Part shown: positions 1 through 12,736 of the stretch, piece after piece
How the letters are laid out: each line of letters starts with the position of its first letter
Position numbering within the stretch: position 1 is the first letter of the stretch
Source of the DNA: Thermodesulfobacteriota bacterium
Lineage (GTDB): Bacteria > Desulfobacterota > Desulfarculia > JACQYL01
DNA length: 64,000 bases
Direction of reading: 5' to 3'
NCBI GenBank assembly: GCA_963675595.2
Contig: CAXXLZ010000002.1
Coordinates: 192,001 to 256,000, forward strand
The notes under the pieces: generated by a model
What the model saw: only the letters and a program-made list of their open reading frames with translations
Told to the model about the DNA's origin: nothing
Database searches by the model: none
Position numbers and translations under genes: made by a program

Positions 1-273
1 TTGCTCAAGCACGATTGGGAAAGGGCAAAATTCGAGGCGCGGCCTATTCCCCTACGACTATGTGTAATAATACGCAACACCCGCAAGTGGATTTGCGACA
101 GACCACCAACACGAGAAGAGTGTAAGTGCCCTGACCAGACTTGACTTGACAGTGTCCCTTCGGATTTTGGTTTTGTATTGGGTGGCCGCCGCTGTCCCCT
201 CCGCCTCACCGGTCCTGAGGACTGCCAAGACAATTGGGCCGTCGACGCCCAAATGATTTAGTTTGGAGATTCT

Positions 274-3200
274 TCACCCCCACAAACTCCCCATCTCCTC
301 CTTCACCTCCCCGAATGCCCTGTTCCTCGCCTCTTTCGCTTTCCGCCCTCTTCCGCTTCCGAGCCACGTCCACAGTTTCGGCTCCTCGGCGCCGGCGATG
401 CGTTCCACCAGCGGTCCCAGCACGTAGCGCTGCAAATCGGTTTTCACCACGATCTTTTGGGCTCGGTTGCGGAAGCGCACCCCTTTAACCGCCTCCCAGG
501 GAATGGTGACGGGTTCCAGGGCCAGGTTCACGGTGAGGCCTTCCGGGGTCAGGGCCACGTAGCGTCTGCGGCGTCCGGCGGTGAGTCTGAGGGTGAGCCA
601 AAGCAGCAGGGCGGGCAGGAACAGCACCACGAGCATGAGCAGGAGTTCCAGGGCGGCCAAAAGGTAGGTCACCACCGCTTCCAGGACCCATTTGACCACG
701 GTGGGGGCTTGTACGTTCAGGGCCTGGATGTCCCTCAGCACGGGCAGAATCCACAGCTCGGTACCGAACCACAGGAACACGCCTTGCAGGAGCAGGAAGA
801 AGCCCACCTGAAGCCACAGGGTGCGCGGCGGGGTGTGCACGTACACCTTGCCGGGGGGAACCTCGAAGGGTTCCTCCTTGCCGAAGGCGCGGAACAGGCG
901 GGCCGAAAACCGTTCCATGACCATGTAGCCCGTGGGCACCACCACGAGAGTGAGAAGGGTGGCGCACCCGATGCCAGCGATGATGACCACGCCCAGGCCT
1001 TCCCACAGTTCGTCCGTGATGGTGAGGGGCACCAGGCCCCCGATGGTGGTCACCGTGGTGGAAATAATGGGGCGCAGCCGCTGCTTGCCGGCGTCGATGA
1101 CGGCCCGGTAGATTTCCATGCCCTGCTTGCGGAACCGGTTGATGCAGTCCACCAGCACGATGGCGTCGTTCACCACGATGCCGGACAAGCCCACTAGGCC
1201 CACAAAGGACATGATGGAAAAGTTGTTGCCGGTGATCCAGAGTCCGGCCACGGCCCCCACCACGCTCAAGGGCAGGGAAATCAAGATGGCGAAGGGCTGG
1301 AAAAAGGAATTGAACTGGGCCACCAGGATGGTGAGGATCAGCAGAAAGGCCACCAGGTAGGCGAGGCGCAGGCTGGCGAAGGATTCCTCGGTTTCTTCCA
1401 CGTCCCCGGCATAGTCGATGGTGTATCCCTCGGGCAGGGTGAGGCCCGCCAGCTTCTTCCTCAGTTCCTCGGTGACCTCCACGGCGGAACGATCCAGGTT
1501 CTGGGCGGTGATGCGCACCACGCGGTCCAGGTTGGAATGCCGGATCACGTTGACGCCCTCCCGAGGTTCCATCTCCGCCATGGAGGATAAATACACCAGG
1601 GACCCGTCGGCGGACCGCACCTTGACTCGATCCAGCATTTCCAGGGCTTGGCGGGACTCCCGCTGAAACCGGATGCTGACGTCGTATTCCTTGCTCGCGT
1701 CGGTTTCGTCCCGAAACTCCTTGGTTTCCAGTCCGGAAATCACGCCCCGCAGGGTGAGGGACAGGTCCTCAAGAGACACCTCCCGCACCGCGGCCTTGGC
1801 CCGGTCCACCTTGACCCGGATTTCCGGAGGCGCGTCGGAAAAGTCGTCCGCCACTTCCACGGCCCCCCGGACGGTCTTCAACGTGGCGACCACCTGCTCC
1901 GTAATCCCGCGGAGCACCGGGATGTCTTCCCCGAACACCTTCACCGTGATGGGAGCCACTCGGGGCGGACCCCATTCGATGGGTCGGAACTTGATTTCCG
2001 CGCCGGGAACCGCGGCGAACAGGGGCCGAAGCCGGGCCTGAATCTCCCGGTGACTCGCACGGCGGTACTCCTTGCCTTCCAACAGTTCGATAGTGATTTC
2101 CGCGTAATTGCTGTTGGTGCCGCTCTGCACCGAAATCTCGTAGGCGCTCTGTCCCCGGCTGCCCACGGTGGCCACCACGCGCACGGCTTCGGGCACGTGG
2201 GTGCGGATGATGTCCTCCACCCGCCGGGCGATGCCGTCCGTGACGTCGATGTCCGTGCCCGGCGGAGCTTCGACGTCGATGTACAGGTAGTCGAAATCCG
2301 CGTCGGGAAACATTTCCACTTCCACGACCTTGGTGCCCAGGAGCGTAAACGCGCCCAGGAGCAGGAGCAGGCAGAGGGCCGCCACTTTGCCGGGATGATT
2401 CAACGCTCGGATGATGATCTTCTCATACAGCCGCTTCATGCGGGCCAGGTCCCGGTCCGCCGCGCGGGGGCCGGCACCGCCGGCCGGGGTCTTGTCCTCT
2501 TTGAGCACCTTCATGAGGATGAGAGGATTGGAGATGAGGGCCACGAACAGGGAGGACAACAGGGCCACGCTGACGGTCTTGGGCATGAAGGCCATCCAGG
2601 CCCCCACGGTGCCCGACATGAGGAGCATGGGCACAAAGGCGGCCACCGTGGTCAGGGTGGCGGATATAACCGGAAGGGCGATTTCGGAGACGCCGTCCAT
2701 CACGGCCCGAATGCGGTCCTTGCCCAAACGGGCGTGGTGGTACACGTTCTCCACCACCACGATGGCGTTGTCCACCAGGATGCCGATGCACAGCACCAGG
2801 CTGAAGCGCACCATGGAGTTGTTGCTCATGCCCATGAGGAACATGACGAAGAAGGACGCGGCCAGGCTCAAGGGAATGGCCAGGGAGGTGAGGAGCGCGT
2901 TGCGAAACCCCATGGCGAAGTAGAGCACGATGATGACCAGGATGAGGCCCGACACCGCGCTGTTGGTCATGAGGTCGAAATCCTGCCGCACGAACTTGGC
3001 CTGGTCCGCGGTGACGAACGTGGTGATGCCCTCGCCGACGCTCTTTTCCAGCTCCGCCAGACGTTCCCTCACCTTGGCGGAAGTCAGCAGGATGTTGGCC
3101 CCGGGTCGTTTCTTCACCGCGATGGACACGGCCGGGCGGCCGTCCACGCGGGAATAGGTGCGGTCTTCCTCGAACCCGTCCCGGATTTCCGCCACCTCGT

Positions 3201-3963
3201 CGAGATACACCACGCGGCCCTGGTACCCGGCCACGGGAATCCTTCGGAAGTCTTGGACCTCCTCCACTTCGGTTTCGCTGCGGATCAGGTACTTGCGGCG
3301 GGATACGGTCATGTCTCCCGCGGGAATGTTCACGTCGGAACCCAAAACCGCTGCGTACAAGTCCAGGATGGTGAGGCCGAAGCGGTCCAGTTTTTCGGGC
3401 ACGGCGTAAATCTGGATTTCGCGGGTCAGTCCCCCGCTGATGACGGTTTCCTGCACTTCCGGGATGCGGTCCAGTTCGTCGGCCATGTCCTCCGCGATGC
3501 GCTTGAGGCGCAGGGGGTGCTGCTCCCCGGACACGGAAACGATCATGAGGGGGATGTCGGAAAAGTCGATCTTTTCCACCACGCTGTCTTCGGCTTCGGC
3601 CGGAAGGTCGTCCCGCGCGTCGGACACCGCGGCTTTCACGTCCTGAATCTTCCGCTCGATGTCCGCTTCCACGTCGAATTCCACCACCACCACGCTCACG
3701 TTTTCACTGCTGGTGGAGCGGATTTCATCCACGTCGTCGAGCTTGTCCAGTTCCTCCTCGATCTTGGTGGTGACCAGCTTTTCCACTTCCTCGGGCGACG
3801 CTCCGGGATACGGAGTCACCACCACGGTGACCGGCACGGTGATCTCCGGGTTACCTTCCTTGGGGATGTAGTTGTAGGCGGCCACGCCGCACACCACGGG
3901 CAGCACGATGGACAGCAGCACGAACAATCTTGCGTATTTCTTGACGAATGTGAGGTAATTCAT
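274..3963 (-). CDS. RND efflux transporter permease (AcrB/AcrD/AcrF family) with ~200-aa C-terminal extension
   Basis: 1229-aa ORF with YPGASPEEVEKLVT, GILVDNAIVVVEN, GIVVNDAIVLVD and RLRPIISTTVTT motifs and a 12-TM two-repeat pattern. Confidence 0.95.
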   Translation of the reverse strand: MNYLTFVKKYARLFVLLSIVLPVVCGVAAYNYIPKEGNPEITVPVTVVVTPYPGASPEEVEKLVTTKIEEELDKLDDVDEIRSTSSENVSVVVVEFDVEADIERKIQDVKAAVSDARDDLPAEAEDSVVEKIDFSDIPLMIVSVSGEQHPLRLKRIAEDMADELDRIPEVQETVISGGLTREIQIYAVPEKLDRFGLTILDLYAAVLGSDVNIPAGDMTVSRRKYLIRSETEVEEVQDFRRIPVAGYQGRVVYLDEVAEIRDGFEEDRTYSRVDGRPAVSIAVKKRPGANILLTSAKVRERLAELEKSVGEGITTFVTADQAKFVRQDFDLMTNSAVSGLILVIIVLYFAMGFRNALLTSLAIPLSLAASFFVMFLMGMSNNSMVRFSLVLCIGILVDNAIVVVENVYHHARLGKDRIRAVMDGVSEIALPVISATLTTVAAFVPMLLMSGTVGAWMAFMPKTVSVALLSSLFVALISNPLILMKVLKEDKTPAGGAGPRAADRDLARMKRLYEKIIIRALNHPGKVAALCLLLLLGAFTLLGTKVVEVEMFPDADFDYLYIDVEAPPGTDIDVTDGIARRVEDIIRTHVPEAVRVVATVGSRGQSAYEISVQSGTNSNYAEITIELLEGKEYRRASHREIQARLRPLFAAVPGAEIKFRPIEWGPPRVAPITVKVFGEDIPVLRGITEQVVATLKTVRGAVEVADDFSDAPPEIRVKVDRAKAAVREVSLEDLSLTLRGVISGLETKEFRDETDASKEYDVSIRFQRESRQALEMLDRVKVRSADGSLVYLSSMAEMEPREGVNVIRHSNLDRVVRITAQNLDRSAVEVTEELRKKLAGLTLPEGYTIDYAGDVEETEESFASLRLAYLVAFLLILTILVAQFNSFFQPFAILISLPLSVVGAVAGLWITGNNFSIMSFVGLVGLSGIVVNDAIVLVDCINRFRKQGMEIYRAVIDAGKQRLRPIISTTVTTIGGLVPLTITDELWEGLGVVIIAGIGCATLLTLVVVPTGYMVMERFSARLFRAFGKEEPFEVPPGKVYVHTPPRTLWLQVGFFLLLQGVFLWFGTELWILPVLRDIQALNVQAPTVVKWVLEAVVTYLLAALELLLMLVVLFLPALLLWLTLRLTAGRRRRYVALTPEGLTVNLALEPVTIPWEAVKGVRFRNRAQKIVVKTDLQRYVLGPLVERIAGAEEPKLWTWLGSGRGRKAKEARNRAFGEVKEEMGSLWG

Positions 3964-4002
3964 GGGAATCGACCGAGGTGAGAGGGATTGGTATTTGGTG
4001 TA

Positions 4003-4110
4003 TATTCACGGGGTAGGCGGGGAAACCTTTTGAAAAAGGTTTCCCCGCATCCCATCCAAAACTTCTTGAGCGGGTTGCTCGCTTTCGCGTCGCAACCAAG
4101 GTGAGGGGCC
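4003..4110. repeat. Intergenic REP/MITE-like repeat copy with hairpin
   Basis: attcacgggg...gcggggaaaccttttgaaaaaggtttccccgc hairpin...gttgctcgctttcgcgtcgcaacc; closely similar to 9989-10095. Confidence 0.7.
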
Positions 4111-4156
4111 TTCAGGAGAACGATTGCCGGACGCATCAGGAACGGCCCGCCCTCCG

Positions 4157-6454
4157 TTATTCCGAGACCTCGATCCCCACCCAGTCAAAATACAGGGAAT
4201 CACCGTCCACAGTGCCGTTCCTCTTGAGGTCCACGGCGAAGTAAAAGGCGTGAGAACCGGGAGAAAGGCCCGAAAGCTCCAGAATCTCCGTCTTGTCGAA
4301 GTTGAACAGCGGCCCCTGATGGGTGGGGGTCAAACCGGGAATCAGCCCGGCCGAACTCAGGTCCAGATGCCTGAGGGTCCCGTCGGGAGATGCGTGCACG
4401 ACCCACCAGTCGGCGTTCTGTTCCAGGTCTTTGCCTGCTGAAAAGGAAACGCTGAGCGCGACCTTCCCGTCCGAGCTTAGGAATACCGGTCCGTCCGAAT
4501 CGCCGGCCTTGATGTCGGGCGACGGGGTCGCGGCTTCGATGATGTCGGCGAGTTCGCTCCTCGCCTGCTCCCAGACGTCGGGGTCCACGGACCAGCTGAT
4601 GTCCGTCAGCACCCACGTGGGGTCGGACGGGTCGGACACCCCCACTTCCCACAGGACGCGGGGAACGATGCGATCCACGATGTCGGCGGTGCGCGCCGGG
4701 TCGGCGGCCGCCGCCTCGGTGAGATAATCCACGTCTTGAATTCCGCGCCTCCACAGCTTGAGACGCAGCGAAGCGAAAGGACCGGGCACGCCGTGGCTGT
4801 CGGCCGGATATCTCATGTCCGTGCCGGGATACAACAGCACTCCGTCGCCGTTCACGTAGTTCCAGCCCGTTTCCCCCAATTCATCGTCCACCCGGTCAAA
4901 GGACCCGTAGGTTTGCGCCTTTTGGAAAACGTTGGTTTCTCCCATGTCGCCCTGGTAATTGTCGTAGTACGTGGATTCCCAGTAGAACCAGCGGTCGATG
5001 TTCTTCTTGTAGTGGGACCAGGCGAGCACTCGCGGCGACACCCCGTCGTCCTCCACGGCGAAGCTTCCAATCGCCGGACGCGAGCCGTTGTACAGATACA
5101 GCCGTTCGGCGGGGTCCGACGCAACGGCGTCCGCGGCGTCCCGCCAGACGTCCGTGATGCCGATCCCCGCCCAGGAGGCCGTGATGTCCAAAGAAGGAAT
5201 TTCGGTCAACCGAGTGGGCAGGTCCACGGTGGCCATGGACATGAGGCGACGGCCGGGACCGGGATTTTCGTCCATCCATCGGGCCCACTGCTCGGTTTGA
5301 GCATAGTCGTCGGACTCATCGATCAAATACAGGAAGTACTCGGTATAGGCGCCGAAGTCGTGGGCGTCGAACCAGTTCACCCAAAGATCGGTTTGGGTCC
5401 ACATGTCTTGTCGAGAACCGTCCCGCCACGGCCAGGAACCGTAGGTGCCGATGGAAAAGACGTTGTTTCCGACGCCCGCGCCGGGACCGGAATACCCTCG
5501 CGATTCCGTGAAGAGCCCACCGTTCAGCCGGTCGATCCAACGATCGTCGATGTCGGCAACCTCCGCGTACCAGCCGTCGATGAGGGACACCTTGTGCCTG
5601 TGCGCCAGTTGGAAATGCACGTCCTCGAGATCGAGAGACCGGTCGTACGTGTCCGTGCCCACATCCGGATAGGGATCGCCCAAATACCGATCGTTGATGT
5701 TCTCCATGCTGTAGTACACCATGGTTTTGGCGCTCGGCAGATCCGGCAGAGCAAAATCTCGCACCGTGAGTTCAACGGGAACGGTACGCACGGACCCGTT
5801 CGCTCGGATCGTCAGGTCGCCCGAGTACAAACCGGGGTGCGACGACTTGGGGATGTAGACGTCCACCCACAGGCTCTGGTTTTGACCTTGGGAAATGTCG
5901 AAGGAGGGAACGAGTTCCAGGGGAACGGCGATTTCGGGATAGAATTTGTCGTGATCGGGACGATCCTCCCAACTTCCCGAGCCCTCCCCTTCACCGGTCC
6001 AGGGTCGCCGAAACCTTTGGGGAATATGCCGTTCATCGTAATGATCGTAAAAAATGTCGGTGCTGAGCCCTCTGATTTCCAGGTAACGAACGTAAAAAAG
6101 CTCGATGTTTCGATGCACCCAGGTGAACACCTCATCACCCGGCACGGGAATGGAACCGATGACGGCCCCGCCCGGTCCCCGCAAAGCGTCGAAGGTCGCG
6201 GAAACGTCTTCAACACGGGCCGTGGGCGCTTCCAGGATCACAACGAAGGCGACCACCTCGTTGCGCGCCCCGAAGACGCTGATCTTCTCCCCGTCCCACA
6301 CGCTGTTGAGGGTGTTTTCGGGGTGTTCCGTCGCCCGCAGTTCCTCGCGTGCGACCTTGTCTCCTCCTTCATTGGCCCATAGGACGATCTCCGCGGGTGC
6401 GGAGGACACCGACGCGAACAACAGCCCAAAGAAGAAAAAGATGATGGAACGCAT
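4157..6454 (-). CDS. Secreted DUF4091 / glycoside hydrolase family 123-like protein
   Basis: 765 aa with N-terminal signal peptide; [25 protein letters not shown] and [17 protein letters not shown] motifs; RBS AAGGAGGA 4 nt before ATG. Confidence 0.7.
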   Translation of the reverse strand: MRSIIFFFFGLLFASVSSAPAEIVLWANEGGDKVAREELRATEHPENTLNSVWDGEKISVFGARNEVVAFVVILEAPTARVEDVSATFDALRGPGGAVIGSIPVPGDEVFTWVHRNIELFYVRYLEIRGLSTDIFYDHYDERHIPQRFRRPWTGEGEGSGSWEDRPDHDKFYPEIAVPLELVPSFDISQGQNQSLWVDVYIPKSSHPGLYSGDLTIRANGSVRTVPVELTVRDFALPDLPSAKTMVYYSMENINDRYLGDPYPDVGTDTYDRSLDLEDVHFQLAHRHKVSLIDGWYAEVADIDDRWIDRLNGGLFTESRGYSGPGAGVGNNVFSIGTYGSWPWRDGSRQDMWTQTDLWVNWFDAHDFGAYTEYFLYLIDESDDYAQTEQWARWMDENPGPGRRLMSMATVDLPTRLTEIPSLDITASWAGIGITDVWRDAADAVASDPAERLYLYNGSRPAIGSFAVEDDGVSPRVLAWSHYKKNIDRWFYWESTYYDNYQGDMGETNVFQKAQTYGSFDRVDDELGETGWNYVNGDGVLLYPGTDMRYPADSHGVPGPFASLRLKLWRRGIQDVDYLTEAAAADPARTADIVDRIVPRVLWEVGVSDPSDPTWVLTDISWSVDPDVWEQARSELADIIEAATPSPDIKAGDSDGPVFLSSDGKVALSVSFSAGKDLEQNADWWVVHASPDGTLRHLDLSSAGLIPGLTPTHQGPLFNFDKTEILELSGLSPGSHAFYFAVDLKRNGTVDGDSLYFDWVGIEVSE

Positions 6455-6481
6455 GCGCTCCTCCTTGACCGCACAGGCCTT

Positions 6482-8505
<2,024 letters not shown>

Positions 8506-8509
8506 AAAC

Positions 8510-8822
8510 ATTCACGGGGGAGGACTTTCGGGAAAGTCCTCCCCCAGGCCCCCTCCCAAAGCAGGTTGGACAGGCCCCACCGCCTCCGGCGGAGAGGCTG
8601 CTGAAAAATTCAGGTTTCTCACTCATTCCCAACGTTCCCTACATCTGCTGAATCGGCAAAGATGCTCCCAAGTTCGGCTTCGTCCCGGAAGGGACGGACC
8701 TCCGTTTCGCCCTTGCGAATCGCGTACGCGATTCGCAGAAGCGCAACGGGGGTCCGGGGGGCCATGGGTCCCCCGGCGGGGGGTGCGGGGGATGACGTCC
8801 CCCTGCGGCGCACCCCGTGAAT
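8510..8822. mobile_element. MITE-like element with perfect 10-bp terminal inverted repeats
   Basis: attcacgggg (8510-8519) / ccccgtgaat (8813-8822); internal perfect hairpin gggggaggactttc-gg-gaaagtcctccccc; internal blocks shared with ~10516-10600 and ~63841-63971. Confidence 0.7.
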
Positions 8823-8832
8823 CAGAACAAAA

Positions 8833-9924
8833 TCAGGAATCGGTTTGCAGACGGGGACGGGACCCGTCTTTCAAATAGTGTTGCCCCTCGATGATGAGGC
8901 GTTCGTCGGAACGCAGTCCCGACACGATGCGAATCCAATCCTCGTAGGGGCTTCCGAGAACCACCTCGCGTTCCCGGGCCACGTCCTCGGGATCCAGCAC
9001 GAACACCAGGGTCTTGCCCTTACGGTAGAGCACGGCGTTCTGCGGGACCAGGAGCGCATCCTTCATTTCCCGCCGCACAAAGCTCACTTCGGCGCTCATG
9101 CCGGCTTTGAGCCTTCCATCGGTATTGGGCAGGCGGATTTCCACTTCGAAGGTGTTGGTCTTGGGATCCGCTTCCACCGCCAACCGGTGCACCACACCCT
9201 GCAGGTCTTCTTCCGGGAAGGCGTCCACGCGCACATCCACCGTGCCTCCGGCGGTCAACGCGGTGTAGTCCCGTTCATTGACAAATATGCGAATCTCGAT
9301 GGGAGAGAGGCTCACCAGGCGGAAAAGAGGTTCGCCCGGTTCCACGTTGTCCCCGACCTCCACGAAACGCCGGGAAACCAAACCCTTTAGTGGACTTTGT
9401 ACGCGGGTTTTGGCGAGCTGTTCCTCCGCCGAGTCGAGGAGCACCCGCACGCGTTCCACTTCGGCCTGTGCCGCCAGGGCCTCCCCTTCCACGTCGTCCG
9501 CACGCTGTTGGGCCACGGCTTGCCTGGGAAGCAACTCCTTCATGCGTTCATGGCTTCTGAGGGCCGTATCCCGGCGCACCCGGGCCAGTTTGAGGGCGGA
9601 CTTCGCCTCGGCCGCGGCCAGCCGGTAGTCCGTGTCGTCGATGCTAGCGATGAGTTCGCCCTCGGACACCCGGTCTCCCATATCCTTGAGCAGGCGCTGC
9701 ACCAGCCCTCGAATCCTGGCCTCCACCGTAACGGTGGACGAGGGTTCCGTGGCGCCCACGTAACGCACCGGGATGAACACATCCTCCGGTTTCAGGATCA
9801 TGGTGCGGACCACGGGCCGCTCCTCGGCGGGTTGGGCCTGCCCCGTGGATTCCCCGTTGCAGGCGCACAAAAGGGCCGTGAGGCTCCAGACCCCAAGCAG
9901 CGTGATCAGGATTCGCCTGTACAT
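8833..9924 (-). CDS. RND efflux periplasmic adaptor subunit (membrane fusion protein), probable lipoprotein
   Basis: Signal peptide with LLCAC lipobox, biotinyl-lipoyl halves (DMGDRVSEGELIA; SPLKGLVSRRFVEVGDNV), alpha-hairpin, LKAGMSAEV; ATG at 9924 chosen as start. Confidence 0.92.
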   Translation of the reverse strand: MYRRILITLLGVWSLTALLCACNGESTGQAQPAEERPVVRTMILKPEDVFIPVRYVGATEPSSTVTVEARIRGLVQRLLKDMGDRVSEGELIASIDDTDYRLAAAEAKSALKLARVRRDTALRSHERMKELLPRQAVAQQRADDVEGEALAAQAEVERVRVLLDSAEEQLAKTRVQSPLKGLVSRRFVEVGDNVEPGEPLFRLVSLSPIEIRIFVNERDYTALTAGGTVDVRVDAFPEEDLQGVVHRLAVEADPKTNTFEVEIRLPNTDGRLKAGMSAEVSFVRREMKDALLVPQNAVLYRKGKTLVFVLDPEDVAREREVVLGSPYEDWIRIVSGLRSDERLIIEGQHYLKDGSRPRLQTDS

Positions 9925-9988
9925 GAACAGCTCCGTCCAACCTAAAACGCTCGGATGAGTGAAGAGAACAACAAGATGCGGCGTATCC

Positions 9989-10095
9989 ATTCACGAAGTA
10001 TCCGGGACAACCTTTTAGAAAAGGTTTTCCCGGCCCCTTTCCCAAACCCTTTAAGCCTGTTGCTCCCTCACGCGTCGCAACCGGGGTCGTGGGGT
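9989..10095. repeat. Intergenic REP/MITE-like repeat copy
   Basis: attcacga...ccgggacaaccttttagaaaaggttttcccgg...gttgctccctcacgcgtcgcaacc; paralogous to 4003-4110. Confidence 0.65.
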
Positions 10096-10320
10096 CTCCA
10101 TGCGCGGTTGCCGGGTCCTAACACCCGGAATCTTCGACGAGGTCGTCGCGATTTGAATGCTTTGAATCGGCAAAGAGGTTCACCGGTTCCCGGCGCCCCT
10201 ATGAACAAGCACGATACGCCTAAGCTCGCTCTCGCTTATCATTAAGTCGGTCGCTTTTCAAAAGGAATCTTCTGGAAAACCGGGAAGGGATTTTCCGGAG
10301 GGGAAAAGATGTTGGTGTTC

Positions 10321-10621
10321 ATTCACAGGGGGGACTACATCATGGGGGACACGAGGGCGGGCACTAGGGCCCGCCCCCACGAATCCCGGATTCCGATTCA
10401 GGAAGCGGATTCTCGTTGGGCGGGGCATGCCTGCAGAGGGTGTTCGGAGATCGACCGAGACTACGACGCGTCTTAGGGCTTCTCTGTATGCCTCACTGAG
10501 ATTCCTTGGCGGCGAGAGCCTCTCCGCCGGAGGCGGTGAGACCTGTCCAACATGCTTTGAGGGGGGGGGGCGGGGGAGGACTTTCCCGAAAGTCCTCCCC
10601 CGCGAACGCCTACCTGTGAAC
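10321..10621. mobile_element. MITE-like element, same family as 8510-8822
   Basis: Ends ttcacagg (10322-10329) / cctgtgaa (10613-10620); contains gggggaggactttcccgaaagtcctccccc hairpin and gcctctccgccggaggcggtg...ctgtccaac block. Confidence 0.65.
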
Positions 10622-10693
10622 AACCACAAATAACGTAAGCCTCAGTGACGGGGAAAGAAGTGCATGCCGCGGATCGGAGCTTTCGCCGACCCG

Positions 10694-12736
10694 TTAAAGA
10701 CTCGTTTCGTAGGCCAAGGACACCGATCCGAGAATAACGCCCCCGTCGCACACTCCCATAATCGCGCCCGCCCCCGTGGCATACGAGATCCATCCGAGGA
10801 TGCATCCCGAGTTCAGCAGGCTGTTGTCCAGGTCGAGACCGTCGGACACGTCCGGGTCCAGGAACGCGTGAAGCACGCCTCCCGTCATGACGACCATAAG
10901 ACAGGACCCCGTCTCATACGCCTGGACATAGCATTTGGTGGCGCCTTCCGCATCCTGCCAGATGCCGTTTTGGGGGACGCCGGCCAAGGTTGTGGAGGAT
11001 TCCCGATACTTCAAAGACACATTGGACACCAACGCCGTGCCCGCGGCCACCCAGGACAAGACCCCCTGCTCGTCATCCGTGAGTTCCAGCCGCACTTCCG
11101 CCGCTTGGCCGAAGATGTCCGACGACACGCTGAACCCGTCGCCATAGTCGGAATCCAGAAAAAGATTCAAGGTGTCGCCATAGAGAATCACCATGACGGC
11201 GGAACCGGAGGCGTATTTCTGCAGATAGAATTTCAGGGATTCGTCCTCGGACACCCAGATGCCCGAGGCGCTCAGGGACGACCCTCCCGCGGACGCTTCC
11301 AGGAGGTCCAAAGCGTCGTCCACGCGAATTCTGGGCACCGATACGGAGGAAAAACCGCGCTTTAACGGCTTTCCCGAATCCTTCAGCGCGTTGACCAGTT
11401 CGTCCACGGAAGCGTCCGGGGCTTTTTCCCGAAGTACGGCCAGAGCGCCGGCCACGTGTGGAGCCGCCATGGACGTTCCGTCCCAAGTCTGGTACCCGCC
11501 CGACGGCACGGAGGACCGGATGCTGGAACCGGGTGCAAGCAAATCCACGGTATCCGCGATATTGGAGTAGGACGCCACCTGATCCGCGTCGGTGGATGCG
11601 CCCACGGCCACCGCCGTGGAAACGCACGCGGGGTAGGAAATGGCTGCGTTGTGGCTTTCATTGCCTGAAGCCACCACAACGGCGATGCCCGCATTGTGAA
11701 GCAGGTCCATGATCGCTTTGGTTGAGTGATACCGTCCGTCGCAGTGGTCGGCGTAGGCCTCTCCTCCCAGACTCAGGTTCACCGCGGCCACATTATAGGA
11801 GTCACGCCATTTGTACACTTGTTCCAGGCCCAGGATGATGTCCGAGTACGTTGCACTGATGCATTGCGAATCGCCGTCGCAGAGGACGTCATTTTCTATG
11901 AGGGAAAAGACCTGGATGGAAATCAGGTTCGCGTCCGGGGCGACTCCGTACAACCCGCCGGTGTTGCCCGCGGCGATCCCCGCCACGTGCGTGCCGTGGC
12001 CGCAACCGTCATACCTCGTGGAACAATTTTCGCCCGCGCCGCTTCCCACCTGGGAGGACTTGCCGTTGGGACACAACGAGGTGATCCCCCACGTGGAATC
12101 ACGAGACGAAAAGCAGGCCTCCGCCAACACTTTGTCTTTCAAAAAAGGATGATTCGAGGCGACGCCGGTGTCGAGCACCGCCACGGTGAAGTTCTTCCCC
12201 GTGTATCCCAAGTCCCTGGCCGTGTCCCCTCCGATGAGCGGAACGGAGCTTTCCAGAGAAGGGCGGGCCAGACCGTCCTCTTCGATGCTCACAACACGAG
12301 GGTCGTTGGTGAGGGTGTCCAAAACCGACTCATCGGCGCTCAACGCCGAAAAAGGAATATATTCGAAACGTTTGACCCCTTCACGACTTCGAAGGGGAAG
12401 GTCCTGAAGCACGGCTTCTCCGCCTTCTCTGATGGCGCGGCGGCGAAGCTCCACCGGGTCTTCGTCGGCCGTCTGCAACGACGTGGTGGAAGCGTCGAAC
12501 TGAAAGATCAGCCGAACCGAGCCTTCCGAACGCGCTTTGGCATACAAAGAGGCCGCCTGAAGCGACTTGGCTTCATACCGCGTCAGGGAATCGGTGGTGA
12601 ACGATGCGTCCGCAAGGGCGTAATTCAGGGGGGCCGCCAAGATGAGGAGAAGAAGGACCGGACACAAAAAGCGTACCCCGTTTCTCAGGAGTCCGCCGGC
12701 AAGAATCTTTTGAGTAAAACGCAAAAGAGGAAACAT
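10694..12736 (-). CDS. S8 family (subtilisin-like) secreted serine peptidase with tandem C-terminal repeat domains
   Basis: Catalytic triad motifs VAVLDTG, HGTHVAG and GTSMAAP; signal peptide and I9-like propeptide; two GIW...Y.Q.Y..GS C-terminal repeats. Confidence 0.93.
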   Translation of the reverse strand: MFPLLRFTQKILAGGLLRNGVRFLCPVLLLLILAAPLNYALADASFTTDSLTRYEAKSLQAASLYAKARSEGSVRLIFQFDASTTSLQTADEDPVELRRRAIREGGEAVLQDLPLRSREGVKRFEYIPFSALSADESVLDTLTNDPRVVSIEEDGLARPSLESSVPLIGGDTARDLGYTGKNFTVAVLDTGVASNHPFLKDKVLAEACFSSRDSTWGITSLCPNGKSSQVGSGAGENCSTRYDGCGHGTHVAGIAAGNTGGLYGVAPDANLISIQVFSLIENDVLCDGDSQCISATYSDIILGLEQVYKWRDSYNVAAVNLSLGGEAYADHCDGRYHSTKAIMDLLHNAGIAVVVASGNESHNAAISYPACVSTAVAVGASTDADQVASYSNIADTVDLLAPGSSIRSSVPSGGYQTWDGTSMAAPHVAGALAVLREKAPDASVDELVNALKDSGKPLKRGFSSVSVPRIRVDDALDLLEASAGGSSLSASGIWVSEDESLKFYLQKYASGSAVMVILYGDTLNLFLDSDYGDGFSVSSDIFGQAAEVRLELTDDEQGVLSWVAAGTALVSNVSLKYRESSTTLAGVPQNGIWQDAEGATKCYVQAYETGSCLMVVMTGGVLHAFLDPDVSDGLDLDNSLLNSGCILGWISYATGAGAIMGVCDGGVILGSVSLAYETSL

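Noticed and set aside
1648-3981. 777-aa plus-strand ORF and similar long shadow ORFs (e.g. 4736-6382, 6554-8323, 17157-18839, 45593-47212)
   Set aside because: They are antisense to well-supported genes, have no motifs and show the His/Gly/Val-rich composition typical of high-GC codon-bias artefacts.
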